DNA from: Eledone cirrhosa
Lineage: Eukaryota
NCBI GenBank assembly: GCA_964016885.1
Contig: OZ024742.1
Location: 81,282,001 to 81,346,000 of the forward strand
Direction: 5' to 3'
Length of the DNA: 64,000 nucleotides
The stretch's first letter is position 1; every line of letters begins with the position of its first letter. Positions 1 to 17,644 of this stretch are shown here, piece after piece. A model generated the notes under the pieces. It made no database searches and was not told where the DNA came from. It saw nothing but the letters and a program-made list of their open reading frames with translations. The translations under genes were made by a program, and so were the position numbers.

Positions 1-1150
1 AACTGATGTTGACCAAAAGCACACCCATCAGTGGCTACGCAGTTCAGGGCTAAAGGCGGAGAGCGACCGCTTTATCTTAGCTGCCCAAGATCAAAGTTAC
101 TGACTCGTAATTACCAGCCCAATGTGATGAAAAACGGAATAAACCCAATGTGCCGAATCTGCAATGTTGAGGTTGAAACAGTGGATCACTTAGTCTCTGG
201 ATATAAAGTTTTAGCACCAGTAGAATACAAATATAGACATGACTGAGTTTGCCAATATCTACACTGGGTAATATGTTGGCATTACAAAATTAAATTTGAA
301 AAAAAGTGGTACAATCATCAACCAGAGGCTGTAACTGAAGGTGAAATAGTAACAATTCTCTGTGACTTTCCTGTACATACTGACAGGAACATAAAAGCAA
401 ATAGACCTGACATCATTATAAAATATCAACACAACAAGGTCTGTTTATTGATAGATATGAGCATCCCATGTGATCACTATATCGTGGCAAAAGAATTTGA
501 CAGGCTACGAAAATATAAAGATCTGCTTATTGAAATTGAGAAAATGTGGCACCTCAAGGCCGTTACAATACTGGGAATGATCAAGACTGGGAATGATCAA
601 GAAAGAAACAGAACAATATTTGCGAATAATTCCTGGTTTATTTTTTGACCTGCCGCATGAAAAGTATTGGTGGGAGCATCAACCAACTCCCGTACTTGAA
701 ACAGATTATATCTCAATCTTGTGGAACTTTAGCATCCAAACACACCGAAAAATAGTTGCAAATAGACCTGATATAATACTGAAAGAAATTAAAAAGAGGG
801 TATGTCTGCTAATTGATATGTCCATTCCAATAGACAAGAATGTATCTATAAAAAACATTTAAAAAATTGAGCAAGTATAAAAGACCTGGAGATAGAAATT
901 GTAAAAATGTGGAAGTTGAGAACTAAAACAATACAAGTGGTTGTGGGCGCTCTAGGAATGATATCTAAGGGGTCTAATGATTACTTATCCCAAATAGTCT
1001 AAACACCTAAAGTTGTATGTGTGTGTATATATGTTCTTTCTTGAACATAGCGGACCTTGTTGTCTCTTCAGGTCACTAGTTGTGACTTGGTGATAACTCG
1101 TATGAATATAAAGCAAGATAAACGCAACTATAATAATAATAATAATAATA
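1..1150 (+). mobile_element. R4/Dong-clade non-LTR retrotransposon 3' remnant (zinc knuckle + restriction-like endonuclease), ending in (TAA)n
   Basis: Frameshifted translation gives QWLRSSGLKAE..FILAAQDQ, CRICNVEVETVDHLVSG (CCHC knuckle) and ANRPDII...LLIDMSIP...KYKDL (PD-D/ExK). The endonuclease part occurs twice (~300-640 and ~650-990). (TAA)n tail at 1129-1150. Confidence 0.85.
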
Positions 1151-1152
1151 AG

Positions 1153-1324
1153 TGTTTCTAAGTTTGGCACAAGGCCAGCAATTACCTCACTGCATTACTG
1201 GTACATTATTTTATCGACCACGTAAGGATGAAAGGCAAAGTTAACCTCGGCGGGATTTGAACTCAGTCCGTAAAGGGACGTAACAATGCTGCAAAGCATA
1301 GCGTCCCACCGATACTGACAATCC
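1153..1324 (-). mobile_element. tRNA-derived SINE (octopus-type)
   Basis: Minus strand has an A-box-like TGTCAGTATCGG, a B box GAGTTCAAATCC and the body GGTTAACTTTGCCTTTCATCCTTACG..GTCGATAAAATAA shared by about ten copies in this window. Confidence 0.85.
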
Positions 1325-1775
1325 AATATGGTTTATATATGGATCGTATGTGTCTTATGCAGAGGCTTATTTGCATGTGGATTCCAAGACGCTATATAAT
1401 ATTTGAAGAAATCAATGTTGTATTGGAAAGGCTTGTATATCAAGGAACGAGAAACAACTTCCGGAATAGGTGGCGCTCAAGTTATCCTCACACTTATCGC
1501 AGAGCGTACTTCACCATTCAATTCCAAGAATAATTTTTCGTCCGATAACATAGGTTTTTTACTGCTGTGTAAGCCTCATTTCATCCTGTCATGTTTTGTA
1601 TGTATGAATGTGGAAAGTATAACATTGCACTCAATTGGTAATAAAAGAAAGTATTATTATTGTTGTTATTTTTGTTGTTGTTGTTGTTATCATCTTCACC
1701 ATCATCATCATTATTTCATGTGTCGATGTTTAGCCATTCATCACAAAACAGATTTTTCTTTCATAATGCACCCTT

Positions 1776-1875
<100 letters not shown>

Positions 1876-2438
1876 GTTGAATAAATAGCTAAAAGAATAT
1901 TAATGTATTGGTTTGTAAATTCTATTTTTTATCGCTTACTTGCGTTCCTATATTTTGTGTATTTCGATTTCTCCATATACTTAGATAATGTCTCTGGACA
2001 GAACTTTTCCAAGCATAAACATTTGTCATTTATTCAAACAACGTTGAAGAATGGATCATACTCACCTTTATAGACACAAATTATTTTCTGATATTATTTT
2101 ACGTCTTTCAATGAATTGGCAAAAAAGGAGGAGATATAGAATCGAGGTCCAAAAGGCCAGCTAATGTGGAACATCAAAATATTAGATTCGATGGTCTTTT
2201 GTTGTCAGGTGAAAAGTGGTAAAAAATATTCTCGCTAAAAACAATTGCATTTATTCTCACAAAACCTTGATATTCCGTGAATATTATAGGAAGCGTGTAC
2301 AAGATAAATATTCTAGATTTTGATTTCCCAACCTATATGCATATTTGTAAATGTATGTCCGTATATAACGTGTCTCATAACTTGTCAATCTCTTAATATT
2401 TTCTTCTTTCCACGTATGTATTATGCACGACATAAACA

Positions 2439-2507
<69 letters not shown>

Positions 2508-2756
2508 GAATGCATAACAGGTACTATCATATGCAGACCCCCTAACATATACGCGATTTCATATGCATAAATGTAGGTAATATAATATATGTAATTGACA
2601 AGCATCAGTTATGCAGCATTGGAAAAACATTATTAAGGCCATCCCTGATTGTTCAGTTCTTGTGAGAAATATACATACTTTACATATATGTTTATGCTTA
2701 TTTCATATCATGTTATAGTATGCATTATGAGAATATATATGTATGAGGAAAATAAT

Positions 2757-2925
2757 TGTTTCTACTTTGGGCACAAGGCCAGCAAAAATCCAGTACATTA
2801 CTGGTACTTTATTTTATCGACCCCGTAAGGATGAAAGGCAAAGTTAACCTCGGCGGGATTTGAACTCAGACTGTAGAGGGACGTAACTATGCTAGAAAGC
2901 ATGGCGTCCGACCCTCTACCGATAG
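2757..2925 (-). mobile_element. tRNA-derived SINE with target-site duplication (TSD)
   Basis: Same family; flanked by the direct repeat TGAGGAAAATAAT (2744-2756 and 2926-2938). Confidence 0.9.
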
Positions 2926-3156
2926 TGAGGAAAATAATATATATGAGAATCATTCGGCATGGATCTGTATAAAGAAAAGTGGATTGTTTGTATTTCGTTA
3001 TGAGAAAGTTTTAAACCCAAAATGACAAGTTATTAGAGTATACTCCGAAGATCCATCAGCTTTAATCCGCAGGGATTTAATATTTGTTACAGAAAGGGTC
3101 ATAATTGTGGATTCACTTAGGTGCTTATTATTATTTATTGATATTATTATTATCAG

Positions 3157-3347
3157 GGCTGTGAATTGTCAGTATCGGTAGTGGGTTGGACGCCATGCTT
3201 TCTAGCATAGTTACGTCCCTTTACAGTCTGATTTCAAATCCCGCCGAGGTTAACTGTGCCTTTCATCCTTACGGGGTCGATACAATAAAGTACCAGTAAT
3301 GTACTGGGTAATTGCTGGCCTTGTGCCTAAAGTAGAAACAATTATTA
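3157..3347 (+). mobile_element. tRNA-derived SINE, near full length
   Basis: Same family; ends GTAGAAACAATTATTA. Confidence 0.9.
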
Positions 3348-4240
3348 CTGTTATTATCATTCATGTTTCCTCGCTCAGCATCTAACGCCGGAAATGTTAG
3401 CTGGTCAATATCATTGAATTGATGTAACACCCCTTAATTTCTAGTTTTCCCCGGGGTATTCGAGCTGTTCCAAACAATGCTGTTTATTGTAAATGTCCCA
3501 TCCGTATTACAATCCATATTTGTTGTCACTATTCCCAACACTCCAACCATTATTGGTGTTACCACCAACTTCTTCAGTGAACCCAACTACTTAACCTTCA
3601 AAATTAATCTGTCATATGTATCAATATTTTCTTTCTTTATCGAATACCTAGTTATCAGCTGGACAGGCTATATCTATGATCCTGTAATGTTAGCTTTCTC
3701 TCTCAATTAATACGGTATATGGTTTCCTATGCTCAATCTCATTGTCGCACTGTATTACAAAGTCGCTCAGGATCTTTGCCATATCATTTTGATAACGCCC
3801 TCAGGGTTATATACCTACCACTATCTGTTCTGTCAGGTGGATATTTTCTACAAAGTGCCCAATATACTATCCTAGCAATGTTGTGGTGACTTCTTTGGTA
3901 TTCTTTCTGAGCTAGTGGGGTGATTTGACTTGTATTTTGTCATAGATTTTCTCCATCATTCCACAAATTCTACAGATATCACATTCCGCTACTCAATGCT
4001 TGTTGTATTTAGATATTGGTGCTTCTTCTTGAGCAGCACATATTAAAGGTTCTGTTTCCGGTTGTAGATCACTTATAGCCATCCATAACCATTTTTCACT
4101 ATCTAGGCTAGCTTTCACATCTCAATGAAATTCACCATTTACTTTAAATTGTATCCATCTTCCAATGATTTTACGGTGTTCTCTCCTTGCATAATTCTAT
4201 TTTTCACAACCTTGACCTTTTTTATTTCCAGCAGCATAAG
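3348..4240 (-). mobile_element. R4/Dong-clade non-LTR retrotransposon 3' remnant
   Basis: Minus strand gives ETEPLICAAQEEA near 4020-4060 and C-terminal LFGTARI near 3455-3476; heavily decayed. Confidence 0.7.
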
Positions 4241-5460
4241 TTCTGTGAGAACGAACTTCACATTGTTCAATCATAAGGACGTTTGATTATCAATGACGAA
4301 GGATGATTTGGTTTTATTTCATGAGTTCTCTCTTTGAGCCTGTTCCTCAGAGTTATTGCGTTTGTAAATAATGTTGCTTTCCCTAATTTCTAATAAAATT
4401 TTGAAATCAATATTTTCCAAACGTGATTTTATTTTCATAGTGCTCATTATGTTTGCTAAGATTACGAATGTATTCACAATTCACATTCATTTTCAGTACA
4501 TGGTATATCTAGATTGTTTTTTTTTGTTTCACTATTTCTCTCCTTACAGTTTATTTTCGTCACGAGAGCAATGTCAAATTTCAAGTCTCAGTTATTCGGT
4601 GACATTTGCGATTATTACAAAAACATATCAGATAGCATTTACAACACAAATCAGTGAATGTCTTCTTTTAATAGGCAGAAGATGTTGAGACCTAACTTGG
4701 TTCTTACTCGTTTTGTCGACATGAGATAAAGGACATAACATGTCGATAAGGGCGACAAGTGAACCCAGATTTGATAACGCTGTATACACTTAACTTGAAA
4801 GTGTTTGTCAATGTTATTCATGATATCTCTAATTACGCACACAAAGCAAACTGCTACATACAAACTTAAATTTCTCCAAAGATACATTTTCGATTCAAAT
4901 TTAGCAAAGAAAAAGGCATATGATACAAACGAATCAAGCATTTACTTGAAGTTGAAGAGAATAGTTTATCAGGGAGCATGGCAACTCGTTTGTTAACATT
5001 TATCTAAGACTACAATTATAACAAATTACCATCTGTAAGGAGGTGATTTGCGAGAAACCTGTAACAATTTTCGTTAAATAAAAGAAAATATCTATAAAGA
5101 AATCAATTTTACATATCCTAAATTCGTTAAATATCTGTAACTCACAATTATAGGGGAGGTGAAATATCTACATCACAAATAGATTGCAAGCTGTAACGAT
5201 CACCTCCTTAACATCAGACACACTAATATATAACTTAGCGTATAGGCATGAACCATTTTTTCTATCGTTGAACACACACTAACCTGGAGGTGATCAAATA
5301 GAAACACACAGAGAAGAAGATTCAAATAAACGAGCACATGCATGAAAAGGGAATTGCACGTAGGCAAAGACACCCACATAGAAACACACACGTACGAACA
5401 GATACACTTAAGTATGTAAACATATATATATATATATGCGCACCCACACACAAACACACG

Positions 5461-5527
<67 letters not shown>

Positions 5528-5849
5528 GTGTGTGTGTATGTGGGTGTGCATATATGTATGTGTATTCATAAATATATAACCAATTAAATCTACTGCAAGA
5601 AACATTACTGAACATATTTGAAGATGGCTTGTTTTAAGAATGTGTAAGTCTCAATTATGGTATTCATTTGCAGTAACGATGAGAACTACCAGAATAGCAG
5701 AATTCTGGAGAATTCACGTTTTCGCAATACTGAATACATTACACAAATCAATGCAAATGTCGATACAATTACGTGACAAAATATTTCAATCTATTTATCT
5801 CATATTATCTCTGAAGTGAAAAGTGGGATTCTCTCTCATTATTGTTCTA

Positions 5850-5898
<49 letters not shown>

Positions 5899-7148
5899 CA
5901 TACGCACGCGTGCGTGTGTGTCTGTGTGTGTCTTCCTATTAGATAATTCGTTTTAAAATTGTATAACTCAATTCCATAAATAATGGTGTAACTAGGTTCA
6001 AGTTCTCCACCTTATGTGTTGGGATACTACTTGACAAAGCGTACGTAATTTAAAACTAAATTATACGATGTCAATATTTTCACAATGAATTAACTGTAAT
6101 ACCTATTTCGGTGGTGTTGTTCTTAATTGTGTATTGTTACCATCACTCACTTACTGAAATATTTTATTCAAGCATCATCTTATACAACATATTTATTATG
6201 TAATATTTATAATATATAATGGAAACTATTCATATGGAGTTGGCTGTATTTTCGATTTTCTTCTATCAAAAGGTTGGCTACTTCCGGTTTTTGTCTGACG
6301 TCTTAGATAGACACCTTTGGGCTTCAATCATACACCTCCCAGTTGATCTCACAGAGTTATCATTACTGGAGACAGCAATATGTTTTTCTATTTATAACAC
6401 AGTAGAAACACCACTGCCATAGCTATATATATATGCGTGTGTGTGTGGAGGTGGGGAGGGGGGGGGGGGGGGGGGTGAACACGTGTGTGAGTGTGTGTGT
6501 GCGTGTAACATTTACATTGTAATCTAGGTAGAAATTACATAATTTCCCACATTACGAGATATTCAATTGTAGGTAATATTCAATAATCTTTTGGAAAAAA
6601 ACCCGTAAACAAGAGAATAATAAACATATAGAAAATAATGAATTACATGTATTTATAGTTTCCATATATATGAGTGTCCGCTAAATATTCTTAGATATAC
6701 CAGGATACTCTCATGAACTGACGAAATAAGGTGTCGTTTTCAACACAATCACTGGAAAAAAAAATGCAGTTATTAATAAGCAAAGTTACATTTAATTCAA
6801 GGTAATTTCACAGATCTAGGATCAGACCTTCAATTATGACCTATTATCACTCGAAATATATGTTACTAGTTTTTTTTTTCCATATATATAACACTTTATT
6901 TATTGTAAATTATATTATATTAAAAGATGTAGTGAATATATCATTTCCCCGGGATATATAATATGTATTTCTCTATTTAACAGTGATTCGCGGATGCTTT
7001 GGGTGAAATAGAATAGTCTAGTGTACAAATGTCAACGTATTGCGTATATTTCCTATTTAAGATTTGTGTTACCAGCCACCTGTTATTTGTATTTGATAAT
7101 TGTATGATAGTATATATAATATAATCCTGATCATTACCCACCACACAC

Positions 7149-7215
<67 letters not shown>

Positions 7216-7409
7216 GATATTAACAAATGGAAACTATATTTATAAAACCATATTTATTTCATTATACATATTTCAAGGAAACCAAGTTAAATTATGGTGT
7301 GCTTCCATGAGATAAAATATAATATAGAGCAGTTTTATAAATAAATATTGACATACCCTTAAAGAATGCAACCATTACTGTTGGAAGCTCCCGGGAGCTT
7401 CCAACAGTA
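7216..7409 (-). mobile_element. PLE pLTR fragment capped by a 34-bp perfect palindrome
   Basis: Homologous to the arms of 25861-26207; palindrome TACTGTTGGAAGCTCCC|GGGAGCTTCCAACAGTA at 7376-7409; flanked by (TA)n. Confidence 0.6.
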
Positions 7410-7516
7410 TATATATATAGGAAATAAGATTTGGCTTCAAGCATACCTTTATTCAATATGTTTGCATAGCTACGACTTCCTAAAACCGTATTTCTTTGGA
7501 GATACGAAATTTCTAT

Positions 7517-10816
<3,300 letters not shown>

Positions 10817-11119
10817 TTCAAGAGTAATACAATCTTAAATAGAGAGATGGAGATAGGAGAGGAGGAATTGTTGAAGGTATTAGAAGCCAAAAGCGTAAAG
10901 GCATGTGCTGAATGTGCAATATGCAGTGGGGAAGCAGCTAGAGAACTGGATTCATGCAGAGATTAGGTGCACAGTGTTGGAAATATTCATTAGTTAAGCA
11001 AATCGAGACCAGAAATTCACATGGAAGACGTTAGTTAAAGAGTGTCAACATAGTTGCATTTTAATGTAAGGAATAAAGAGTGTCAACATTAATTGCAGTT
11101 TAATGTAAGGAATAATAAT

Positions 11120-11300
11120 TGTTTCTACTTTTTGGCACAAGGCCAGCAAAATACCCAGTGTATTACTGGTACTTTATTTTATCGACCCCGTAAGGATAAA
11201 AGGCAAAGTTAAGCTCGGAGCGATTTGAACTCAGATCGTAAAGGGACGTAACTATGCTGGAAAGCATGGCATCCGACCCTCGACCGATACTGCCAATCCT
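11120..11300 (-). mobile_element. tRNA-derived SINE with TSD
   Basis: Same family; TSD TGTAAGGAATAATAAT on both sides. Confidence 0.9.
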
Positions 11301-11651
11301 TGTAAGGAATAATAATGTTCGTTTACAATTGTTTCACTACTCCATATAATCTTTCTGGATCAATCGATTATTAGATCGTTATTGATCTGGTTCAGAGAAA
11401 GATCAGTAACTTAAGTAATATTGTGGAGCAGTTCTTCAGAATGTCAGATGAGATAATGAAAATATTGATATAGATAAAATGGAATAATAAATATAAAATA
11501 AAATAAAGTAAGAGGGTTACGTGTCCGTAATATTAATTAGAAGAGTGCCTTGGATGGATCAAATGTCTGCTATAAACAAACATTACGCATCTGTCGAGGC
11601 TATAGTAAACAAAATTTGCCTACGCGTAACAAGATGGCTACTTTTAGGAAA

Positions 11652-11962
11652 TTTATGCTGAGACCTCTACTTCTCTTTAAGAAGTCAATCACATAGTCAG
11701 CGACAATTATTTACAATCTGAAACGCGAAGAGAGGCCTACACACACAGACACTCATACACATAAACACGCGCACACGTACGTAAACACGGCGCAACGCAT
11801 TTACCCGCACACATACCAACGTATACACCAAATATAAATGCATATGTAACACAGGCACACACATAACTATACATATATATATATATATATATATCAGATT
11901 GTAAATAATTGTTGCTGACTTTGTTATTGACTTCTTAAAGAGAAGTAGAGGTCGCAACATCT
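11652..11962. repeat. ~70-bp inverted repeat around a CA/TA-rich spacer
   Basis: GACCTCTACTTCTCTTTAAGAAGTCAAT...TTATTTACAATCTGA (11652-11721) versus its reverse complement at 11894-11962. Confidence 0.7.
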
Positions 11963-13259
11963 GATAGTTAGTGAACAATGAAAATAGTACTGGTGAATGT
12001 AATGGATTCAATTTAATTGACTCACTCTCCCGGAAGCGATATCCCAGCGTGAAATCACATTAATAATTGAAACATGTTAACTCAGGAATATTATTCTGCC
12101 ATCGAATTATTTATATAGAAACGATAATATAATAAATACAAATATGCTTAATATATGTAATCAAATAAACAAATATCAAATGATTGATATGAATCATAGG
12201 TGAAATAAAATGTATTTGATTACATAAAAGGAAACTGGATGTATACAGAAGGTTAGAATCAATTAATAATGATATATTTTAGAATATGAATCCAGATATC
12301 AAAGTACTAATAGTTAATTGATAACGCCTACTCTCACGTAAAAACAAAACATATCAGATGCCTGATTTGAGGGATTATCTCATAGAATAACATCTAGCAC
12401 ATACTACTTATCCTATGTTGAAATACAATGTGAAACAGCAATGCTATTGCTCTTAACCTCAAATGTCCAAATGGTGCCTTCTGCATACAATTTACAAAAG
12501 TAAAAAAAAGTTATAAGAATATATAAATATTTGAATATTAAAAATAATATCCGCGTCTATTTTCTTGCACATATATTACATTATAGCAGTGGATAATGTT
12601 ATACCTCCTTAAATAGGTTTAGATATGAATACAATTACCACGTTTGGGATGAAAATATGTATCGAAACAACAATAACTAAAACAAATATTGAACTGCAAG
12701 TTGCCGTCGTGTAGATTGTGTATAACCAAGAGTTTGAAGATGCACACATACCTCATGGAAAGTGCTTATGACTGTAATATACAAGGTTTCGGATGAAGAA
12801 TATAACTGTTGAAATAATCTCCAATATATGAGTAAGGTGATGGGTAAACGTGTTTATGTCTTAGCAAATAGAAAAAAAAAAGATGAATATGATATTTTTC
12901 CCGAATCCAATTTGGTTATACATTTTATAGCGACAATATACGAAAATTATATTTCATATATATATTTTCAGTTCATAGATTGGTGTTTGTATAGCTTTGT
13001 AAATGAAATTCAGGAGAGCATATTCGCTTAAAGAATTGGATAGAATAATACTAAAGAATTACACGGTGACGTAACATTCTTTTGATTTCAGATATAATCA
13101 AATTATAAAATTTCCTAGTCAAGCAGAATATTGGTTTCTGATTTACGCACAACGCCAAAATATTTTGGGGACACGAATGTCGATTAAATTGATTCCAGTT
13201 CGTTACAGGTGCTTTAGTTTATCAATCCTTAAGGATGGACGGTAAAGCTAAACTCAACG

Positions 13260-13870
13260 AATTATAGGAAATAGTCTTAACAAATGACTGAAACTTCAGA
13301 TCTGCAATAATTTAATCTTTTAGAATTTGCGAACAAACTCTACTCTTCGCAAATGTATTTCCATTTTTAATCCTGTCACTCTTTTGTTCTATCTCACTCA
13401 CGCATATTCACGCACGCACACATTCACATATACCCTGTCTTTTATTCTCAAAGTTAAAAAACAGCTGGAAACCGCTGACGGTTGTTATACAACGGTACAA
13501 ACTTAACATCTCTGGTAAATGTCATAATAGCCTCACACCACACAAAGTAGCACGAAAGGACATTAGGATTGTGGTTAAGTTTAAGTTACGCTGAAAATGA
13601 ATTAGCGTCATTGGTAAGGAGCTCAAAATGTCAAGGCTCGCTTAGGGATTGATTGTTCAGCAAAACGTCCTATAAAGTGTATATGTGCTAGTGAGCTCCC
13701 AATTTATGTCTGCATGACAAAGTATAACCGTATAAACCATGCAAAGTTAGTGTGGGGTATCAAGTTTTCGAAATGCTTAGGTTTTTTTCTCCTGAGCACT
13801 TTGATTAAGATAAGAAGTTGAACCGAAAGAATGAGAAACGTTAATGCAGAGGATCCAAATTCGTTTCAAC
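13260..13870. repeat. Unclassified interspersed repeat, copy 1
   Basis: Colinear, diverged direct match to 17645-18257. Confidence 0.75.
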
Positions 13871-13899
13871 TGACACGTAAACATTAAATAAAGAAAACA

Positions 13900-14066
13900 A
13901 TTTCCGATATCCGAATGACTAATTCACCACAGAGGAGTGCCTAGGAACCATGACCTTGATGCAGCCCGACCCCCTTAGTGCGTAACAATTTAAGGGCTAA
14001 AACACTTACTTCATACGTGTTTCTTTCTTGAAGACTTTCTGTTGTCTAGTTCCCTGATAATTACTT
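13900..14066. repeat. Unclassified repeat; inverted copy at 16702-16870
   Basis: GCAGCCCGACCCCCTTAGTG..AATTTAAGGGCTAAAACA matches the reverse complement of 16765-16810, and the flanks also align. Confidence 0.7.
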
Positions 14067-15570
14067 CTAACATAATGAGCCGTAACTATGTACCACACAA
14101 CATTTTGTCCCCACACTAAAAGAATTTCGCCAATGCAGCCCGCTGCAGTCATATCCAATAATACACTTTAGAAGCTTAAGCAACTTTAGACGATGTTCTA
14201 CAGTAGGAAGCCTTCGAAAACCGGGATTTCCCTGCATCGACTTTAATGTTTCTATAACTGCAATGAAAAAAAGTAAAGATTCATTGAGAAATTCCGACAC
14301 TTTCTGAAGTTAGCAGATAAACTTTCTTATATATATTCTAAATAAACTTCGAAGGAGATATCGATTGGACATCATGCTGAAAAGAAACAAAATTTATGAA
14401 GAGAAAGAAAGTAACAAAGATGAATGTATACTGAAATTTAATGTCATTTATACACGACTATTTATTGTACTTACATACGAATATCTGTTCGTAATAATGA
14501 TTATGCTAATACATTTAATTATTTGGACATTATGGTAATGTTGAATATTTGTGTAGATTTCAGTAGCTGGATTTAAACTTCTTGATTGCTTCGTTAAAAC
14601 CCTAGAGATTTATCTATTTCAAAATAAGAATAATTTAAATCAAACTTTCAATACGAATCAAATGGTCTACAGCCAATAAGTTTTCGATGATATATCAGAT
14701 TCATATAAATTGTAAAATTGAGACATCATTTAGTATTATCGTATTCTAATAGCAATTAATTAGCAATTAATTATTAAGTGGAAACAAATTGTTGACATTT
14801 ATATTGGTTTTTGCTTCCCCCATTACAACTAATATAATTCTGTTTGTTTTGCATTCTTTAATCACCATGCAGTCATAAATTTGAGTTTCAAGGTAAATGT
14901 GATTATCTCTCCCTCTCCCTCCACCTCTCTCTCTCACTCTCTCTCTCTCTCTCTCTCTCCTTTTCATTTTCATTCTCTCTTTTTGTCTACATGTTTCTCA
15001 TTCTCTCCTTGCTTTCGTGTATTGCAAGTGTTATTAGAATATGTATTGCGTGAAAGCTCAGATATTACGCTAAAACTATTCCTAATAAACTATTGGGATG
15101 AGACATAAATCTAATTATATTCACTGCATTAGCTACATTGCAGAACTGGCTTCATTTATTAATATGTATTTGCGTACCTTAATCTCCACATTGTTCTTAA
15201 ACTATTCAGTCATTTTAATTCTATATTAAACCCAATAGCGTCTGCAAAATTAAGTAAACTGTCACCAATTTCAAATCAGCGTTGGCAAATTATCCTGTAT
15301 CTGTATAATGACATCTAGCAAAACGAAAACATCTCTAAATATGATTAGTTTGCACTTTAGAAATATACATTAATGACATCTCACATTCAGTCTCATTTCG
15401 TTAAACGCATCAACAAAAATATGCACACCCCTAACACACGATACACATACATTCAATGGTGTTTATGTATCTTCATAATCCGTATTTGGCATGTGCATGT
15501 ATATCAGTATATGTGTGTAATTACATTTTCTTCTACCCAACATAATTTGTGCCATCACCTTAATCATCAT

Positions 15571-15662
15571 ATGTATTTGTATTTAATAAAACGTCAGTAA
15601 ATATATTTGTATTTAATAAAACGTCAGTAAATATATTTGTATTTAATAAAACGTCAGTAAAT
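15571..15662. repeat. 30-bp tandem repeat x3
   Basis: Unit ATATATTTGTATTTAATAAAACGTCAGTAA. Confidence 0.9.
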
Positions 15663-15702
15663 CCCACTCCAGATTTCGTGTATCTTTACTTATTTAAATA
15701 CA

Positions 15703-16599
15703 CTAGCAGAGAAAACACCCTTCGGGTGGTTTTCTGCTAGCATGTGTAGTGTGCATATTTATACTATACGCAATTATATATACATGTAGATATGATACAT
15801 CAAATAAAATCGTAATTGACAATATACAAAGGAATTGAACGAAGACTACGTTACACTCTCTTATGTTATCAGTAAAGTAATCCATGATACATTAAAAAAG
15901 ACGATCTTATATATAAACTGCATTAGGAGAAAATTTGTGACGGAATATATATGAATGTTTATTTAAGCGATCGCTAACCGGAAGTGTTGACATTTGAACA
16001 TTCTAAAGAAGTGAATCTTTAAATAAGAAATAATATATATTTAATCAACAGCTACAAAATTTAGTAGATAATTTGTCTAATATTCATTCATTATTCATTC
16101 ATTATTTATTCGATAAAATAAAGTACCAGTAATATCTGGTTAATTGCTGGCCTTGTGCCAAAAGTAGAAACAATTATGTATTCAAAGTACGTCCCTTTAC
16201 GATCTGAGTTCAAATAGTGCCGAGGTTGACTTTGCCTTTCAATCTTACGGGGTCGATAAAAAAGTACCAGTAATGCACTGGGTCATTTTTGGCCTTGTGC
16301 CTAAAGTAGAAACAATTATTTATTCAAAGTAATTGGCAGTATTGGTAAAGGATCGGACGCCATGCTTTCCAGCATAGTTACGTCCCTTTACGATCTGAGT
16401 TCAAATCCCGCCGAGGTTGACTTTGCCTTTCATCCTTACAGGGTCGATAAAATAAAGTACCAATAATGCACTGGTTAATTGCTGGCCTTGTGCCTAAAGT
16501 AGAAACAATTATTTATTCAAAGTAATCCAACTTATTTTACTAACTGGATCAAAAGAAATAAACCGCAATCCCGCACTCCTTACTTTATTATAGTTTAGA
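15703..16599 (-). mobile_element. Non-autonomous Helitron, copy 1 (contains a SINE cluster)
   Basis: Minus strand A|TCTAAACTATAATAAAG ... subterminal hairpin ... CTAG|T; homologous to 61993-62670. Confidence 0.8.
16110..16520 (+). mobile_element. Three tandem SINE copies of increasing length
   Basis: Three GTAGAAACAATTAT 3' ends, each followed by (T/G)TATTCAAAGTA. Confidence 0.85.
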
Positions 16600-17322
16600 T
16601 GTGTATGTGCATGCACTCGTTAGCATATCTGTGTTTGTATTTATGTGTGTGTGTGTATTCGTATGTCTCATTGTTGTACTATTCCGTCGTTCATGAAGTG
16701 CAAAGTAATTCTCAGGAGAAATGGACAGCAGAATGTCTTCGGGAAAGAAACACATCTAAAGCAAATGTTTTAGCCCTTAAATTCTTACACACTAAGGGAG
16801 TCGGGCTGCACCGAGGTCATGATTCCTGAACACTCCTCTGCTGTGAATTACTCATTTCGATATCGGAAATTTGTTGGATATTTAATCAATATAATTACTA
16901 ATTCAAGACAGATTCCTCGGGTTAATTCTCTCTAACATTCACGTAACTTCTGAATTCACTACCCATAGATTTACCGCACAGCAACGTACGTCGTACGCAG
17001 ATATCATAAGGTCTACATTTCACTCGGAAATATAATGATTTTATCGTCGACACGATTAGAAAGTTTATGAATGTGTTTTAACCAGTTCTGCTTCTTGCCA
17101 CAGTGAATTAAATTATTTATATAATTGAAGGTATTAACTAAATGTATGGGAATTTTACGACATTGGAAATAATTAATGAGAAACGTATATACAAAAGCAA
17201 ATAACAATTTTATATATAAAAAGGTTTATATATACAAAGTTGCATGAACACATCCAGCCATACACGCATACATACAAACACACATACATACAAACCTACT
17301 CTCCCACTCTCTCTCTCAACCG

Positions 17323-17408
<86 letters not shown>

Positions 17409-17644
17409 TGTATGTATGTGTATTTCTTTTAAGTATGGTACCAGGACAAACAGGAATAACTAGGCAGGATGATTGGTCAAAAGAAGGAAGTGAGGGGCCG
17501 TTTGCAGCATCGTTGACATCTGCAATGTTCTCCACACTGTAATATAAGCTAATGTTACCATGTTTGCGTATGACCACACAATTCTCTCTATTAAATTTGT
17601 ATATATATATATATAGTATTTAATTACATTTATAATACACAACG

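Noticed and set aside
15571-15662. CRISPR-like 30-bp repeats
   Set aside because: No spacers and a eukaryotic context; a simple tandem repeat.
17428-17600. GC-richer island that could be a minus-strand exon
   Set aside because: Weak donor site, no partner exons, and bounded by microsatellites like the other TE fragments.
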